DNA of 64,000 nucleotides from positions 90,398,001-90,462,000 of the forward strand of contig NC_086108.1 of NCBI RefSeq assembly GCF_963921235.1. The letters are read 5' to 3'. The position numbers were made by a program, and so were the translations under genes. Origin of the DNA: Mobula hypostoma (taxonomy: Eukaryota). Positions within the stretch are counted from its first letter, which is position 1; each line of letters starts with the position of its first letter. The notes beneath the pieces are model-generated. The model was not told the DNA's origin and searched no databases. It saw nothing but the letters and a program-made list of their open reading frames with translations. Positions 52,201-64,000 of this stretch are shown here, piece after piece.

Positions 52201-52430
52201 AAACAACAGGAATTCTGCAGATGCTGGAGATTCAAGCAACACACATAAAAGTTGCTGGTGAACGCAGCAGGCCAGGCAGCATCTCTAGGAAGAGGTGCAG
52301 TCGACGTTTCAGGCCGAGACCCTTCGTCAGTTAGTCCTGACGAAGGGTCTCGGCCTGAAACGTCGACTGCACCTCTTCCTAGAGATGCTGCCTGGCCTGC
52401 TGCGTTCACCAGCAACTTTTATGTGTGTTG
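52201..52430. mobile_element. Young palindromic Penelope-like insertion (94-bp perfect arms)
   Basis: 52237-52330 is the exact reverse complement of 52337-52430, with spacer TTAGTC. TSD GGTGGGAAAGGT (52189-52200, 52431-52442). Confidence 0.95.
52333..52368 (+). ncRNA. Intact minimal type I hammerhead ribozyme motif
   Basis: AGTC | CTGACGA | AGG-GTCTCGG-CCT | GAAA | CGTC | GACT. Predicted cleavage after GUC at 52364. Confidence 0.8.
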
Positions 52431-55400
52431 GGTGGGAAAGGTTAAGGGATGGAGAAAAAGGAATCTGATAGGAGAGGAAAATGGACATAGGAGAAAGGGA
52501 AGGAAGGGGGTACTAAGGGGAAAGTGATGGGCATCGTGGTACGAGTGGAGGCCATGGATCGATATATGGGAATCAGAATTAAAATGTCTGGCCATTGGGA
52601 AACTCTGCTTTTGGCAGATGGAGTAGTGGTGCTTGATGAAGCAGTCCCACAAGTTACGACGGTTACACCAATGTAAAGGAGGCTGCATTAGAAGCACTGG
52701 ACGCAATAGCCGACCCTAGCAGATTTGCAGATGAAGTATTGTATCACTTTTGAGGTCATCTACAAGTCCTAGCTGGCTATTTAGAAACATACCCAAGTCA
52801 TCGGCTATGTTTGAGACAGAGGTTGACAGATTCTTGATTAGTCGGGCCATGAAGGGATATGGGGCAAAGGTGGGAGATTGTGGCTAAGAAGAAAAATAGG
52901 TTAGCCATGATGAAATGGCAGAGCACACTCGATGGGTCAAATCTGCCTAGTTCTGCTCCCGAGTCTTCTTCTGAGGGGGCTCTACGTAAAGAATCAAGCC
53001 CATGTCCAGTCTTGATGTGTGGTACAGTTGGAAAGTCAGATGACTACCAGCATGCACAAATGCAATTCACTGCTCATTTCAGAATCATTAATTCTGCCCT
53101 GATTTTCATATTACCAGTGTAAATTCCCTTATCTGCATTTATAAAGGAATTGCTCATGTAAATGCTGTAATTATAGCTTCTAACAGCACTTCCACAAGAG
53201 AGGGCACAATTATGGTGTGACATGTTTACATTGGCAGTGTCCATTTTAAATCTGGACATGGCTTTGTCTTGTTAAAAGAAAGATAGGAAATGCTTTTTGA
53301 TGTGAAATTTCATAAAATAATTGCTGAGGAGGTGGAGTTGCAGGAAACGTTAGTATGATCGTATAATTAATAGGAGTTCACCACTGAATTGGGTAAAACT
53401 TAAGATTGAAATGTAATTGTAAGTTGAAGGTATAGGCAGACAGAAATGCCATTAATAGAACTCCTAATGAATGTTAGGATACCAGAAGTGTGCTTATTAA
53501 TTAATTATTGCTGTTCCTACAGCTTCTTAACACATAAAACTGTGATCTGAAAGAAGGCCCAAAATGTTATTCCACTTGATGTTAAAAAGCTGAGCTATGA
53601 AACTCCTGGTACAGTTTGAATGATGTGCTGTATTTCAGAATACAATGTAAATAGCTTCTTTTAAATTAATTTTAAGTCAGTTTTGCAAAAAAAAAACATT
53701 TTGGTGATTTAAAAAAAGAATCCAACTAGGGAATGCATTGAAGGTTTTGAGCCTCTGGCTACTGTAATCCTTTGAAACAGCAGCAGCAATTAAATCATTG
53801 GAACTATTGCTATTTCTTTATGAGAAAATAGTGTTATTTTTCATCTGTGTTCCTCTGAAGAGCTATCAAACATATGCATTTAATTGCATTGATATGGAAA
53901 AGAATTATAGTTTTCAAACAATTTTGTTTGTAAAATTCCTGAGAAAAATAATAATATATTCAACATCATTTTTTATTAAAAATACAGTTAAAATTCATGA
54001 AGAATCCAAAGGGTAACAGTTCTGTTCGTCTTAAGCAGACCAAGTAGCCACATACAGATGTAAATTCAAAGCACAACAAAATTGAAGACGCCGTCCTTTA
54101 TAGAACATCCAATTCATTATAGCCATGGTGCAGAGTGAATGTGATTATTGTGGATTGTGTGTAAATCATTTACTTATCAATGATGTAATAGATAAAATTT
54201 AATTGAGAGCTTTGATATATCAGATTAATTCCACAAATAATAAAGTAATGAGTTGGAAAGGTATTCATGAGTGGAGCAAATCCTATGTCTTATGGTTCTT
54301 CATTGTTGGGTGTATATAATGCATGACTAATGAATAAAACATTTGTTATATTCATTAGTTATGCATTTTTATGTAGCTTTAATGAGGACTATTAAAAATG
54401 TGGAGGGCTCATTTATACTCATTAGGTTTCGTGAGCTGCACTCAGTTTCATAGGAATATTCAGTCTGGGATCCCTCTAGCCAGTCTACATCATTTCAGTC
54501 AGTCTGCAAGTTCAAAGAAATAAAATATAACTTTTCCTCTTTATTATGTTCATGATTATACCTTTGGTTATGAAAAGTAGCCTACGTGCTTCCAAACTTT
54601 ACTGACTTTGTGAACCTCTTACTGCTCCATTTCTACTATGAACTTTTTACCATCTTGAAAACCAATTCAGTCAATGAAACTATTGGCGTTCCTTCTTAAT
54701 AATGAAATAAATGGGATGAATTGTTTAGCTGATGGGTATAAGGTTGCATATTGCTATACAACTGCTTCCGCTGACTTTTTGACTCAGTCCTGAATAGATG
54801 AATTTGAGACTCTAACCCCTGCTTCTAGATGTCCCATCAAAGGATAACTCTTTGCTGCATATGCTGTCTCAAACCAAGAATATTGTATGCTTCAATGAGA
54901 TCACCACTCATTTTCTAATGCAAAAGAGTAAAGGCCCAATTAACCTTTCTAATTTTAATATGGTGACGAACTAGATTTGTGTGATGCTTAAAGACATTCA
55001 TTGGACCTCATGACACTATTTAAATATATCCACTGTGTACAAAGGTAATTTTAATATAGGGTTGTACTTCTACATTTACAGTTTAGCAGCTCAGAGCACC
55101 CATATACATTCCTAAATTGACAGGGGGCAATAGAATTTTTTTCAAGCTATAATGAGACATGTTGTTGTAAAAAAAAACACAACCGGGAGTCCTCACTTTA
55201 AATACCTAATGATTTCATTTTATGGCCTACTCTGGGATGTACATCAAGATCATTGCAAATAGATAAATTATTTCATTCAGATTGAGTTTCCATGTAAGGA
55301 GAGCTCTAGAAAACTGGGCATTTTCCATTAGCACAATGAAGGTAATAAGGAATCTGATGTGAGGATTTCAAAATATTTTAGTTTCTGTAAGGTATATAGC

Positions 55401-55548
55401 AAAGAGGTGTTTACAGGGGTTGGTAAGTCCCTTTAAAAGTTTGGAAATTACATCAGTTTACCAAATAGAAAAAAGGGAGAAGATAACGGTGTCATTTTTT
55501 TACCAGATACTTGGAAGAGGTAATCTATTCTACCTTAAGTGGAAACAC

Positions 55549-55838
55549 TGTAGCGATGTGCTACACACAGAGCTAGAAATAACGGCACGCAGTCTGTAAG
55601 TTGCACTCGAGACTAATTTATTCAAACTTCATGGCACTGGCTTTTACGCAGTTCCGTTCCCGTCCTCTCTGGGCGGAAATGACGTCAGAGGTGCATTACA
55701 AAAGTCTTTTCCCGTGCATGGGCTTTCTCCCCTTGCTGGTGAAGAAGAGGGCCCAGTGCCATTTTGGGGCTGGCCTCTCTGCCGACGCGCAGACCATTTT
55801 GTGAGATGGTTCGCCTGCGTAAAAAGTGGGTCACCACA
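55549..55838 (-). mobile_element. Short solo LTR
   Basis: Termini TGTAGCGA...TCACCACA with 4-bp flanks ACAC/ACGC (one CpG-type change). CpG-rich, with a minus-strand AATAAA at ~55617-55622. Confidence 0.7.
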
Positions 55839-56151
55839 ACGCAATGAGCACCTGAAAAATAAATGGTTTGGGGATAGGTGGAATATACTGTAAGGTACGA
55901 TGAGCTAAATGACAAGTTTCTAGATGGTAAAATTTACAAAGGTTCAATGTAAGTTTATTATCAAGGTACATTTATGTCACCATATGCTATATTTTTTCCT
56001 CCCTTTTTGCATTACTTATTTAATTTATTAAATATATTTACTGTAATTTATAGTTTTTAGTATTATACATTGCAATGTACTGCTGTTGCAAAACAACAAA
56101 TTTGATGACGTATGCTAATAATATTAAACCTGTTTGATTCTGAAGATTCAC

Positions 56152-56970
56152 TTTCAAAGGTTCAAAGGTCTAATTTAATGTCAGAGAAATGTATGCAATA
56201 TACATCCTGAAATGCTTTTTCTTCTCGATCATCCATGAAAGCAAAGGAGTGCCCCAAAGAATGAATGAAAGTTAAATGTTTGAACTCCAAAGTCCTCCCC
56301 CCCAGCTCTCCTCCCAGCCGTGCGTAAGCCGCAGCAAGCAACAATCCCCCTCCCCCCACCGGCAAATAAAAAGCATCGGCACCCACCACCGAGCGCTCAA
56401 ATGTGAGCAAAGCAATAGCAAAGACACAGACTTGCAGTTACCCCAAAGACTTCGCGTTTCACCCGGTATTCGACATACCACAGGCTTTCTCTCCCTAATA
56501 AGGGAGAAGTAGGTGTCTCCGTCTTCCCAGTGAGTGGGGAGGCATAACAAACAGCTTTCTGGTTTACGATGTTAAAAGTCGGTTATGTCACTTTTTTCGA
56601 GCTCTGTAGCCAAAAAACTGGGCACACAACTGCAGATATTCCGACTCCTCCGATGACACACGGGTCTCCTGCCGTGACACCGACCCTCGATCCACTGGTC
56701 TCCAGAGCCCCAAGATCTCAGGCTTCCAAATCCGAGCCGGACTCTTAGCCTGAACCTAAGGCATGCTGAACAACGGCTGGTTGTGAAACCCCAAGAGCGG
56801 GTCCCATTCCTGCAAAGAACCGTAGTCAGCGTGTAACTTCAGGTCAGGGTCTTCAAAAGAACCCTGAAAGAGAAAAATAAAAATATTAAAGAAGGAAATA
56901 GAGCTGTTTCCGAAGATGCAAGCAAAGGAGTCGCCGTTTAGCGCCGCCGTTACTCAGCTCTGCCGCCGCT
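56152..56970 (-). mobile_element. Non-autonomous retroposon with (TTTGAACC)-like tail
   Basis: CpG-rich with no credible ORF. TTCAAAGGTTCAAAGG tail at the left end. Inserted into an older LINE 3' tail that resumes at ~56970. Confidence 0.5.
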
Positions 56971-57243
56971 TTTTTTGCAGGCATTCTCAGTGGAACAGAG
57001 AAGTGCAATAGAATCAGTGAAAACCCATGCAAAAATAAAGACTGACAAACAATAAATATGCAAAAGAAGACATAGTGTGCAAAAAATTAAAAAATAAAGT
57101 AGATACATAATACTGAGAGCGTGAGTCGTAGAGTTCTTGAAAGTGAGTTCATAGGTTGTGGAATCTGTTCAGAGTTGAGGTGTGTCAAGTTTTCCACTCC
57201 AGTTCAGGAGCCTGATCTTTGAAGGTTAATAACTGTTCCTATA

Positions 57244-58866
57244 CAGGTGTTCCCCGCTTTTCGAATGTTCGTTTTACGAAACCTCACTGTTATGAAAGAC
57301 CTACATTATTTTCCTGTTTTCGCTAACAGAAGGTGTTTTCACTGTTATGAAAAAAGGGCAGTGTGCGGAAATAGCAGCGCGCGATAAAAAAAATCAGCGC
57401 GCGATTAAAAAAAAGCAACACGCGCTGAGCAGCTGCTCTCCCTGGATTCGGAACTGCATTCTCGCCGGCATTGCTTAAACACGTGCCTGTGAGTAGCTGT
57501 TTGCAAGATGGGTTCTAAGGTATCGGAAAAGCCTGAAAGAGCTCGTAAGGGTGTTACACTTAGCGTAAAACTAGACATAATTAAGCATTTCGATCGTGGT
57601 GAACGAAGTAAGGACAGCGTGAGTTTGACCGTGGAAGTTGACGAAGATGATGTTGAAGAGGTTTTGGCATCTCGTGACCAAGGACTGATAGACGAAGAGC
57701 TGATGTAATTGGAAGAGGAAAGGATAACAATCGAAACTGAATGAGTAATGATAAAGTACAACTCTAATTTTGAAAGGGTACGTCGGTTTAGGGCATACTT
57801 GCAAGATGGTTTGAGTCCTTACAAAGAACTGTATGATAGAAAAATGCGCGAGGCTCAGCAGTCAAGCATACAGTACTGTCGTTTTTCAAGCCTTCCACAT
57901 CAGCCACAGTAGACGACGAACCTCGACCTTCGACATCAAGGCAGGCAGTTATAGGAGAAGATGAGCTGCCTGCCCTAATGGAAACAGACGACGATGAGCT
58001 GACACCCCAGTGTCTCACCACCTCAACCCCCAGGCCGCGGACAGATACCGATCCGCGAAGAATGTAGTGGTAGCCAGGAGGCACACAGCACATCTTTAAG
58101 AAAAAAGCAGAAATAAACATGCTAATTAGTTAGGTGCAACCTGGCACGTAATTGTTGGCCCAGATCAAAGGCGATGCAATCAGCAATCGCCTCTGATCTG
58201 GGCCAACACCTAATTAATTAGCTTGCTTATTTCAGCTTTTTTCTTAAAGATGTGCTGTGTGCCTTCCGGCCACCTCTGTACCCCTGCATACTTCGCGGGT
58301 CAGTATCAGTTCGCTGCCTGGAGGGTGGGGCCACTGCACCACCCCAACCTGCGATGACTCAGCCTAACACACCACCATCAGTGTGCTCGGCGCTGTCTTC
58401 CCAATTCCGATAAGTGATAATACACTGTACATACATTATTTCTACTTTATATCGGCTGTGTATTTTTATGTGTTATTTGGTATGATTTGACAGCTTCATA
58501 GCTTAAAAGTTACTGGAGAGAGTGTTTTTGCCGTGTTTTTGCTGACAGCACTTGCGTCGTGTTTCTGCCGAGAGCACTTGCATGAGATTTTCGCTACGGG
58601 GAACAGTTCAGGCAATGATTGTGGAAAAGTATTTCTACTTTATATAGGCTGTGTATTTATCATATCATTCCTACTTTTACTATATGTTACTGTTATTTTA
58701 GGTTTTATGTGTTATTTTGCATGATTTGGTAGGTTTTTTTTGGTTCTGCGAACGCTCACAAAACTTTCCCACATAAATAAGTGGTAATTGCTTCCTTGCT
58801 TTACGACATTCCGGCTTACGGACCGTTTCATAGGAACGCTGTACCTTCGGATGGCGGGGAAACCTG
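57244..58866 (+). mobile_element. pogo/Tigger-like internally deleted DNA transposon
   Basis: TIRs CAGGTGTTCCCCGC / GCGGGGAAACCTG with TA on the left and TG on the right. HTH start MGSKVSEKPERARKGVTLSVKLDIIKHFDRGERSKD is fused to an acidic C-terminal segment; the DDE domain is missing. Confidence 0.85.
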
Positions 58867-61082
58867 TGCCTGGTTGAATGTGATATAAGGCTCCTGTACC
58901 TCCTTCCCAATAGCAGCAGTGGGAAGAGAGAGAATTTTACAATGTTGCCTCAAGTTAGATCCTTTACACAAAAAAAAATCTTTCAGATGGCAGTAAGCAG
59001 AGCTCCAGCCTGCATTTCGTAAGGGAAAAAAATGATTGATCAAAGATTGATACCTCTTCACTCTGAACTTTCAAACTCCTACAAGTAAAATATCTCAGAC
59101 CATTTAATCCATGCCTAACTCCCATGTTCGTTGAACTATATTGCTTACAGTCAGTCAATGTCAAATTTCTAATTTTGGAAATTGCATTACGGCTTACAGC
59201 TTTTTTCATGCTTTCAATTGCTCTATGGCATCTACCTCCTCATCCAAACTTTCACTGTTTAATCCAGCAAATCTTTACCTGGCCCAGTATCAATTCTTGT
59301 TTGAACACACTCCATAGAGCACCTTCAGGTACATCTACATTTAACTAATTGTTCCATTAACGATTGTGTGAACACAAACTTTGATGACCATATCCCTATG
59401 TACAGGTAAAATACTGATTGGTAAGGTTATATGTATCACTTTCTAATACTTGGAGGATAACTGGTCAGTAAGTCATTAAATTCTTTATTTCTCAAAATAG
59501 TTACAGTCTGAATCCATACCAACAAACAGACAGCTGGTTTCAGCCCAGCTAAGAGAATGACTGTATATAAATTGAAAACAATGAATTACTTTGGAAAATT
59601 GCTAAGGGGATAGGTGCGCAAGATTAATGCAGGTGACTGATGTTATAGTATACTGTACATCTCAGAAATGCACATGCTGAACTCAAAGTAAGTCGTACCA
59701 TATTGGTCTTGCCAAATAAAGAATTAACATGAACATTCCTGAAAACTTTTTTGAAACATGGGTGGAATGGTATTTAATTAGTGCACAACCCCAGCTGTCT
59801 TTTGAACTTCGTGCCTTTCTTATCACAATCCACTCAGCTGGCAAATCACCATGGATGTCCAACCAGTGCCAGCAGTTCACTGATGCCATGTAATTGAGGC
59901 CTGATGCTTAACATTGAGGACTGGCGTAATGGGTTGAATATCTTGTCTGTTCTGATACCGTGATTGTTCCTTCTATCCTGTTCAGTTCAGACTCAAATAA
60001 GTTTCCAGGCTACTGGGATGGTATTGCTGCCTTGTATAAATTTTAAAACCTGCATTAGTGTTCCATGTATGCTTAACATACTGCCTGAAGATATGCAGAA
60101 GAGAATTGGATAAGTAATTAAATATAAACAAAGTTCGGTGTTGTTGGGGAAGAGTGGGAAAACTTGACTGACAAGAAAACCGTCGGAAGATCTGGTTATA
60201 TTCTTGATGAGCCAATTTACCTCCTGTGCTAGAGCAGTTTAATAATTTTATACTATAACTAAAATATTTGCATCAAAATAATGTATATGATACCTCCTTG
60301 CTTTTTGCATATGTGTATTAACACAGTGTTGTTCAATTCTTCTGTGCTCTCTATCATGCCTACATATTCAGAGGAAAAAAATCACTAGATGCCCATGATA
60401 TTTAGAATGAGGTTAAAGATTTTTCAAGTCATGTGATGTTGAAAGTAAAATCCAATTTTGCATGCATGATTAACAGGAATGACTGTGGTCTGGGCGAATA
60501 ACTTTTATGCTCTATTCTTGATGGAATATACAAAGTAGATTTCAAAACTGCATAGACTGTTGCAATTTGTAACTGGAATCTCTGGGAAGCTATTCATGAA
60601 ACAAATTTGTCATACAGAAACTTGATTCATTTTTGGAATTAACCTACTTTTTCTTTGATATTTCCACCGAGACTGGTTGTAATGAAAACTTGTCAAGCAA
60701 ATGAAGAGGCAAATTGACTAGTGTGGCTTGTAACTGATTTTATTTTTGCTACTTTGCATTCTGTATATGTACTCTAAACATGACCTAGCACTTCAAAATA
60801 GCAAGCAATTCAAGCATCTACCACAAAGAGATGACACATGAAAGCAAATGGATTGTCAAGTTTAGCTATACATAGAGTATGTTATTTATATTACTTACAT
60901 AAAAAAGGTTAAAAATGCTTTTCTTTAAACAACTCTTTTCACCATCTCAGGATATCCCAGGCGAGTTTACACCATTGAACTATTTATTTTGAAGCATCCC
61001 TTCTGTTCTTACAAAGTGTGAAAAGTACAAAATAGTGTTGGAAAACTGAAACAAGAAAAAGTAAATTATGCAAACCAGTCGC

Positions 61083-62250
61083 CATAAGACAGAATGTGGC
61101 CATTCAGCCCATTGAGTCTGCTCCGCCATTCCATCATGGCTGATCCCGAATCCCACTCGACCCCATACACCTGCCTTCCCGCCATGACCTTAATTGCCCT
61201 GACCAATCAGGAAACTTCTCAATTTTCGCTTTAAATATACCCACGGTCTTTGCCTCCACATGTGTTGTGGCAGAGCATTCTACAGATTTACTACTCCTTG
61301 GCTAAAAAAAAAATTCTCCTTACCTCTGTTCTAAAGGGTCACCCCTCAATTTAGAGGCTGTGCCCTATAGTTCTGGACACCCCCACCATAGGAAAGATCC
61401 TCTCCACATCCTTTGAATCTTGTTGTTTCAATATTCAGTAGGTTTCAATGAGATTCCCCTGTATCTTCTAAATTCCAGTGAGTGCAGGCCCAAAGTTGCA
61501 AAATGCTCCTCTTATGTTAACCCCTTCATTCCCAGAATTATCCCTATGAACCACCTCCAGACTCTCTCCAATGACAACACATCCTTTCTGGGATATAGGG
61601 CCCAAAACTGTTGGCAATACTTCAGTTGTGGCCTGACTAGTGTCTCATAAAGGCTCAACATTATCTCCTTGCTTTTATATTCTATTCCCTTTGAAATAAA
61701 TGCCAACTTTGCATTTGCCTTCTTTACCACAGACTCAACCTGTAAATTAACCTTCTGGGAATCTTGCACAAGGACTCCTAAGTCCCTCTGCACCTCTGAC
61801 ATTTGAATCTTATCCCCATTTGGATAATTGTCTACACTTCTGTTCCTTTTACCAAAATGCATTATCATACATTTCCCAACACTGTATTTCATCTGCCACT
61901 TTTTGCCCATTCACATTGCTTCCTCAGCGCTATCTGCCCCTCCACCTATCTTAATATCATCTGCAAAAGTTATCAATTCCATTATCTAAATCATTGACTA
62001 ACAATGTGAACAGTATCGTTCCCAATACTGACCCCCCGAAGAACACCACTAGTCACTGACAGCCAACCAGAAAAAGCCCCCTTTATTCACACTTGCTGCC
62101 TCCTGCTGGTCAGCTAATCCTCTATCCATACCAATATCTTTCCTGTAATGCCATGGGATTTTATCTTGTTCAGCAGCCTCGTGTGTCGCACCTTATCAAA
62201 TGCCTTCTGAAAATCCAAGTAAATGCCATCCACTGGCTTTCCTTTGTCTG
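61083..62250 (-). mobile_element. CR1-type LINE RT/3' fragment
   Basis: Motifs WQMKYSVGKC..HFG, QRDLGVLV, TLVRPQLKYC. Confidence 0.85.
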
Positions 62251-62324
62251 CTCTGTTTGTCCACAGCATCTGTGGAGAGAGAAGAAAGAAAGCTGATGAT
62301 ATTTAATCAGAACTTTCAGTTACC

Positions 62325-62850
62325 CTCTGAAATTGCCAAACAAGTTCAAGATTTGGAATAGGTAATAAAGGAAAGAGGACCAGGTCGAGACAACAGAGAC
62401 TTTTGGAGAAAAGGAGTACGGTGGGTAATACTGTTCCGGCTGACCAGAAGTGCACCGAGAACGGTAAGCGTAAAGGAGTTGGGTGCTTACTGATCTGGTT
62501 AACAACGGGTGGTGCAATCCGGGGTATATTACGATCGAGGAACGTGTTTGCAGACAGGATATTGAACTTTTTACTGTTGGACTTCGGCCACATTCCACCG
62601 TGATACAACACTTGGTGGCACGGGAGGTCGTTCCTGCCTGTGGCCATCGAACGTGCAGCTCCTCCCGTGGAGGGTCAGACACCCTGAGCCAATAGGCTGG
62701 TCCTGGATTTACTTTCCATCTGGCATAGTTTGCATTTTGTTGTTTGATTGTTGGGGTTTTTTGTATTGCTATATTTACGCTCTATACTTGGTTGGTGCAG
62801 CTGTAACGAAACCAAATTTCCCTCGGGATTAATAAAGTATATCTATATAT
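62325..62850 (+). mobile_element. Bipartite internally deleted Rex1-like element, copy 2
   Basis: Same EN-to-3'-end fusion as 40893-41284 (LVNNGWCNPGYITIEERVCRQDIELFTVGLRP joined to IPP..GGSDTLSQ). AATAAAGTA tail. Confidence 0.8.
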
Positions 62851-63479
62851 CTAAAGATTCGCCTTACCATGAATATGTGCCATTACAGTAAAACTGCAAT
62901 TGCTTTAGGATCCAATCATTATCATCAGTAGCTTTCTTTGAGGTGGTGTTTCTACTGCAGTTAATTATCTTAAGATGCTTCACAGAAGCAATAATAAACC
63001 CTGGAGTTAGCCAAACTAAAATCTGTTGTTCAATCAAAAGTTGGCCATACAGATGTAATTTTATTGGTTCAACAATGTTTTTTTTCCTGAATTGGTGCCC
63101 CACCATTCCTTTAATCTTGCGGTAATGGTGTTCAGAGCCTGGTTAAGTATTAAGTGAAGATTTCATTTTATAAATTGAGAATAACTTGGCACATTATTTG
63201 CCACATCAAATGATTAATACTGCTATTTTCAATTAGCCAGATGAAATATTCATTGTCGTTATGCCCAACTAACTTAATCGAAGAGTCAAAAAATGTTAAA
63301 CACTTCACAAGGTCAAAATTTCTCCTTAATCTCGGAAGGATAAATTAACATAGCAATTTATACTGTTTAAAATGACTGACTCGACTGCAGAAGTAGCACC
63401 ACATCATTTCATTAACATTTTTTCCTTTCCTTATATTGTTCAATTTGTTCTTCATGTTGTAAATTATGAAAATTATGAA

Positions 63480-64000
63480 AATTGGTAGAGTTGCGAATTG
63501 AGAGGAAGATTGGAAATTTGACAGAGAAATGGCACATGGATTTAATCCAGACAAATATGAGGTGTTGCATTTTGGGAGGTCATATGTAAAAGGAAAGGAT
63601 ACAGGACCCTTAAGGGCATAGATGTACTGAAGGATCTTGGGTTGCAGCAATACCATCGTTTAAAAAAAAAGCTATATGGAATATCTGCCTTCATTTGTTG
63701 GGGCATTGAGTTTATAAGTTGTGAAGTCATGTGGCATCTATATAAAACTTTGATTAGGCCACATTTGGAGAATTGTGTGCTGTTGCAGTTGCTGTATTGC
63801 AGAAATGATGTGAAGGCTTCGGAGAGGATGCCGAAGAGATTCACCAGGCTGAAGCTTGGATTGGAGAGTATTAAATATAAGGAGAATTTGGACAAATGTG
63901 TATTGTTTTCTCTGGCATGTTGGAGGCTGAGGGGCTGACTTGATCTACGTATATAAGATTATGGAAGGTATAGATGGGGAGTCAGAATCTTTTGCCAAAA
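63480..64000 (+). mobile_element. CR1-type LINE fragment running off the window
   Basis: Motifs FNPDKYEVLHFG, LYKTLIRPHLENC, WRLRG. Confidence 0.75.

Larger units (their letters stand above)
51975..52750 (-). mobile_element. Old Penelope-like element hosting a young palindromic insertion
   Basis: Decayed hammerhead ~52068-52105, purine-rich UTR complement and GIY-YIG remnant MARHFNSDSH..IHGL. Confidence 0.8.

Noticed and set aside
57508..57708. Domesticated CENP-B/TIGD gene
   Set aside because: It lies between TIRs, lacks the DDE domain and has premature stops.
1..64000. Prokaryotic systems (CRISPR, retrons, defence operons), rRNA and tRNA genes
   Set aside because: There is no gene-dense organisation, repeat-spacer array or recognisable structural RNA gene. 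All RTs have non-LTR retrotransposon motifs.

Overview
This is eukaryotic, repeat-dense, AT-rich vertebrate DNA. The repeat set (CR1/HER1-type LINEs, Penelope-like elements, Rex1/Babar, Tx1/L1, V-SINE- and Deu-SINE-like remnants, Tc1, pogo/Tigger, hAT) suggests a cartilaginous fish, probably a ray; this is an inference. No complete host gene, rRNA, tRNA or CRISPR is visible. Nearly all long ORFs are transposon relics. The best preserved is a 5'-truncated CR1 (7173-11117, minus) with an SGNH-esterase ORF1 and an APE+RT ORF2, and there is also an L1-like RT (48606-51100). A few isolated exon-like segments (best 31219-31329) suggest the window may be intronic. The most interesting signal is a Penelope-like (GIY-YIG) retroelement family whose 3' repeat carries a minimal type I hammerhead ribozyme motif (CUGANGA..GAAACGUC). 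This family repeatedly inserts as TSD-flanked inverted structures, including a perfect 94-bp palindrome (52237-52430) whose centre looks like fold-back priming. Other highlights are a bipartite, internally deleted Rex1 derivative in two copies and a three-layer nested DNA transposon. Family names come from recalled motifs, not database searches, and boundaries of old repeats are approximate.
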